From IMG/VR virus record IMGVR_UViG_3300045988_101895: a DNA stretch of 39,041 nt; one strand, given 5' to 3'. This DNA comes from a virus. The position numbers and the translations under genes were made by a program. How positions within the stretch are numbered: position 1 is the first letter of the stretch; each line of letters opens with the position of its first letter. Of the stretch, positions 37,165-39,041 are shown in pieces. The notes below the pieces were generated by a model. The model was not told the origin of the DNA. It saw only the letters and a list, made by a program, of their open reading frames with translations, and ran no database searches.

Positions 37165-37790
37165 TCCTCTTTTTCCTCCCCGGCATACAGCGCCCGCTCC
37201 CGCTGGATGGCGCGGGCCTTGTCGCAGATCCGGCCCAGCTGGGCCGCGGTCTTCTCGTCGCTTCCCCAGTCGATGTTCTGGGCGATGGCGGCCACGTTCT
37301 GCATCCCCAGCTTGACGACGATCACGCGCTTGGCCTCGCCGGTCTTGTCGTCCCAGCCGGTCTCCCGCAGCCAGTACGTGTGCTCGCTGGTCAGTCCGAT
37401 GGGCTTCAGGTATTCCGGGCGGATGGCATAGCACTCGTCCCGCAGCGGCTCCAGCAGAAACTTGTACTCCCCGCCGCCGGTGATAAGCTGAATGCCCATC
37501 TCCTCCAGCGGGCGGTCGCTGTCCATGTTGTCCTCCATCATCGCCGTCAGAAGGGTGCTGTCCGCGTCCGTCGTCAGCACTTGGCAGTCTTTCCACTTTT
37601 CCCGGGGCACGTCCAGCACCGCCAGCAGCGTCTCCTCGTCCATGACGGGCAGTCCGTCCATTGGGTAGATCGCCCGCCCCCACACGCTCAGGTGCTGGCG
37701 GACGATCATGTCCCCACCTCCGTAGCAGTTGATGAGCGTCAGGTTGTCGGCATTCTTTCCGATCAGCTTTTGCAGCCCTTTGATGGTCAT
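37161..37790 (-). CDS. hypothetical protein (209 aa)
   Basis: Track ORF 37161..37967. The start MTIKGLQKLIGKNADNL follows GGGAGGGAAAAAGA. Confidence 0.6.
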   Translation of the reverse strand: MTIKGLQKLIGKNADNLTLINCYGGGDMIVRQHLSVWGRAIYPMDGLPVMDEETLLAVLDVPREKWKDCQVLTTDADSTLLTAMMEDNMDSDRPLEEMGIQLITGGGEYKFLLEPLRDECYAIRPEYLKPIGLTSEHTYWLRETGWDDKTGEAKRVIVVKLGMQNVAAIAQNIDWGSDEKTAAQLGRICDKARAIQRERALYAGEEKEE

Positions 37791-37957
37791 TCTTTTTCCC
37801 TCCCTATCCAGTCCACGATATTTTTGGCCGTCAGCACCGCCCAATAGCTGACGATCCACGGCCACATGCTCACCCCGGCGGCCAGCCCCGCGCACACGGT
37901 CAGGGCGATAGCGGCCAGCGCCAGCACCAGCAGGGCAGATATATGCTTGCAGGTCAT
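37787..37957 (-). CDS. small two-TM membrane protein (56 aa)
   Basis: Not in the track. MTCKHISALLVLALAAIALTVCAGLAAGVSMWPWIVSYWAVLTAKNIVDWIGREKE. ATGA overlaps at both ends. Confidence 0.45.
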   Translation of the reverse strand: MTCKHISALLVLALAAIALTVCAGLAAGVSMWPWIVSYWAVLTAKNIVDWIGREKE

Positions 37958-38628
37958 AGCGTTTCAACCTCCGCTTTTCCGGCCCACTGTTCCGCCATGG
38001 CGCGGGCGATGCCGGGGAATGTTTTCGAGCGCGTTTTCATGTCGCGTTCTTTGCGGCCCTGGAATCGCCTGTAGTTGCCATTTGCGTCTTTGCATCCGCC
38101 GTTTACGTAAGGCGTGTGCTCTGCGATGATTTTTGTCGGGATCAGCGGCGGCAAGTTTTTAATCCACAGGCATGTGCGCTTGCTGTATGGATGTCCATAC
38201 TCATAAGGCTGTATCGCCTGGGAGTACGGCGGCAGTTGCACAAGCCGCATCGGCGTTGGATTCTCAATGGCGATCCTGTCAATGTCCGCCGTCCAGAAGG
38301 CCATAAAAAACTCTTTTGCCTCCATGGCCTTTGCATATCTTTCCAAAACAATTTCTCCGTTTACTCTCATCCGGACGGCTCCCGCGTTTGTAAGATATGT
38401 GCACGGCGGATGAGCAATCAGCATATCCCACTTTGGGACGCAGTGCGTTTCTCCGTCCATTGTTACGATTGTCCCGCCCTTCAGCGATTCCAGCGCATCT
38501 CCCATGATGTGCCATTCTGGGTGCCCGCCAGACGGCTCCTGCAGGTCGCATGAGTATGCTTCGTGTCCCAGGCGTCGCATCTCAGTGCATACTGCCTGAG
38601 ATTCTTCACATGCTATCAGTATTTTCAG
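37954..38628 (-). CDS. DNA cytosine-C5 methyltransferase-like protein; non-ATG (CTG) start or 5'-disrupted
   Basis: AHPPCTYLTNAG is a PPC motif, IENP is ENV-like, and TFPGIARAMAEQW follows. The in-frame extension upstream of the track ATG reads (L)KILIACEESQAVCTE, back to the stop of the upstream gene. The coupled ATG at 38635 is out of frame. Confidence 0.6.
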   Translation of the reverse strand: MKILIACEESQAVCTEMRRLGHEAYSCDLQEPSGGHPEWHIMGDALESLKGGTIVTMDGETHCVPKWDMLIAHPPCTYLTNAGAVRMRVNGEIVLERYAKAMEAKEFFMAFWTADIDRIAIENPTPMRLVQLPPYSQAIQPYEYGHPYSKRTCLWIKNLPPLIPTKIIAEHTPYVNGGCKDANGNYRRFQGRKERDMKTRSKTFPGIARAMAEQWAGKAEVETL

Positions 38629-38631
38629 GGT

Positions 38632-39041
38632 TCATTCCTCACACTTCTCCGCCGCCATCTGCTCCGGCGTAGGCTTCCGGGGCCAGCAGCGCCATTCTTT
38701 CCCGTATTTTTCGCTTCTGTCCGTTGCTATCCACTCGGAAAGGACAGGTCTGTCGAAAACATCAGGTGGGATAACCGCAAGAATCCATCTGGAAATAGCG
38801 CATTCTTCCTTTAACTCTGCCCACAGCGGTTCGGCATCCGGCCCTTTTGCGCAATGCGCCCGCACCTCTTCCAGCGTCAGCGGCCGCATTTCCGGCTCGG
38901 CGCGGTGTAGGGCGGCGGAAAGGGCTTCCACCTGCGTCTTTTTAGTCGGCCATGGGGCGGCGCATGGCCCGTTTGGCATACATCTACAGCATGGGGCTCC
39001 GTTATGGATGCACTTCGGCGTTTCGGTCATTCGGCATTCTC
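38632..39041 (-). CDS. C-terminal part of the junction-spanning Lar-like gene
   Basis: Track ORF 38632..39030 (MTETPKCIHNGAPCC...YGKEWRCWPRKPTPEQMAAEKCEE). The same frame stays open through the 55-bp overlap up to ATG 239, giving 197 aa in total. Confidence 0.6.
   Translation of the reverse strand, partial: ECRMTETPKCIHNGAPCCRCMPNGPCAAPWPTKKTQVEALSAALHRAEPEMRPLTLEEVRAHCAKGPDAEPLWAELKEECAISRWILAVIPPDVFDRPVLSEWIATDRSEKYGKEWRCWPRKPTPEQMAAEKCEE
38987..39041. repeat. 55-bp terminal overlap, identical to 1..55
   Basis: Base-by-base identity with the window start. Confidence 0.95.

Larger units (their letters stand above)
1..39041. mobile_element. Complete temperate tailed-phage genome (siphovirus-like, HK97-type head module), assembled as a closed circle; unique length 38,986 bp
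   Basis: All phage modules are present: lysogeny switch, serine integrase, replication, HNH/terminase, portal, protease, capsid, tail and lysis. The two ends are identical over 55 bp. An ORF is in frame across the junction. Confidence 0.85.

Noticed and set aside
36943-37683. The 246-aa minus-strand ORF and the other long overlapping frames in 35573..37683.
   Set aside because: Only the last 73 codons (DUF2829-like, with an ATGA-coupled start) look genuine. The remainder overlaps the better-supported 37161..37790 gene out of frame.
1-39041. A reverse transcriptase (retron or DGR), cas genes, toxin-antitoxin pairs with known folds, rRNA genes, or a transposase/IS element.
   Set aside because: Reading all track ORFs, I found no translation with RT, Cas, transposase or classic toxin motifs, and no rRNA-like sequence.

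Overview
The window is one complete, circularly closed temperate tailed-phage genome. Its first and last 55 bp are identical, so the unique length is 38,986 bp, and an ORF reads in frame across the junction. The sequence is GC-rich, with Firmicutes/Clostridia-style AGGAGG ribosome-binding sites and many ATGA stop-start overlaps.

One very long leftward (minus-strand) transcription unit starts at a consensus promoter at 3881-3909. It runs through the following modules:
- Early genes: a Cro-like HTH protein and small, membrane and Cys-rich proteins.
- Two tandem tRNA-like RNAs.
- A Dam-like methyltransferase, then across the junction a Lar-like protein and a C5-methyltransferase-like gene.
- A DUF2829/Tad2-like protein, a HUH Rep-like initiator, a VRR-NUC nuclease and an ArpU/RinA-like regulator.
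- Two ParB-like genes, one fused to a SAM methyltransferase.
- HNH endonuclease, small and large terminase, portal, protease and an HK97-type capsid protein. The capsid gene has an Ig-like extension that appears to need a -1 frameshift.
- Connector and tail genes, including the G/GT chaperone frameshift, tape measure, Dit, a collagen-like BppU fibre and a Gly-rich fibre.
- A lysis cassette with an NlpC/P60-SH3 endolysin and an LL-H holin.

The lysogeny region (3979-7623) holds a CI-like repressor and a three-gene minus-strand operon ending in a membrane-anchored HIRAN protein. It also holds a membrane-anchored HTH protein and a large serine integrase.

Two accessory blocks diverge from 10213-10422:
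- A plus-strand block (10423-14058). Its consensus promoter carries a perfect 21-bp palindrome and the same 14-nt leader as the main early promoter. It ends in two tandem paralogous multi-zinc-ribbon genes.
- A minus-strand five-gene cassette (7657-10212) of low-complexity, Cys-rich and membrane proteins with no function I can recognise.

The most unusual items are:
- the tRNA-like pair plus a hairpin-repeat family;
- a promoter-to-terminator antisense sRNA;
- the tiny-ORF/HIRAN operon;
- the paralog pair;
- the five-gene cassette.

All protein calls rest on reading the translations and remembering family signatures. No database search was run.
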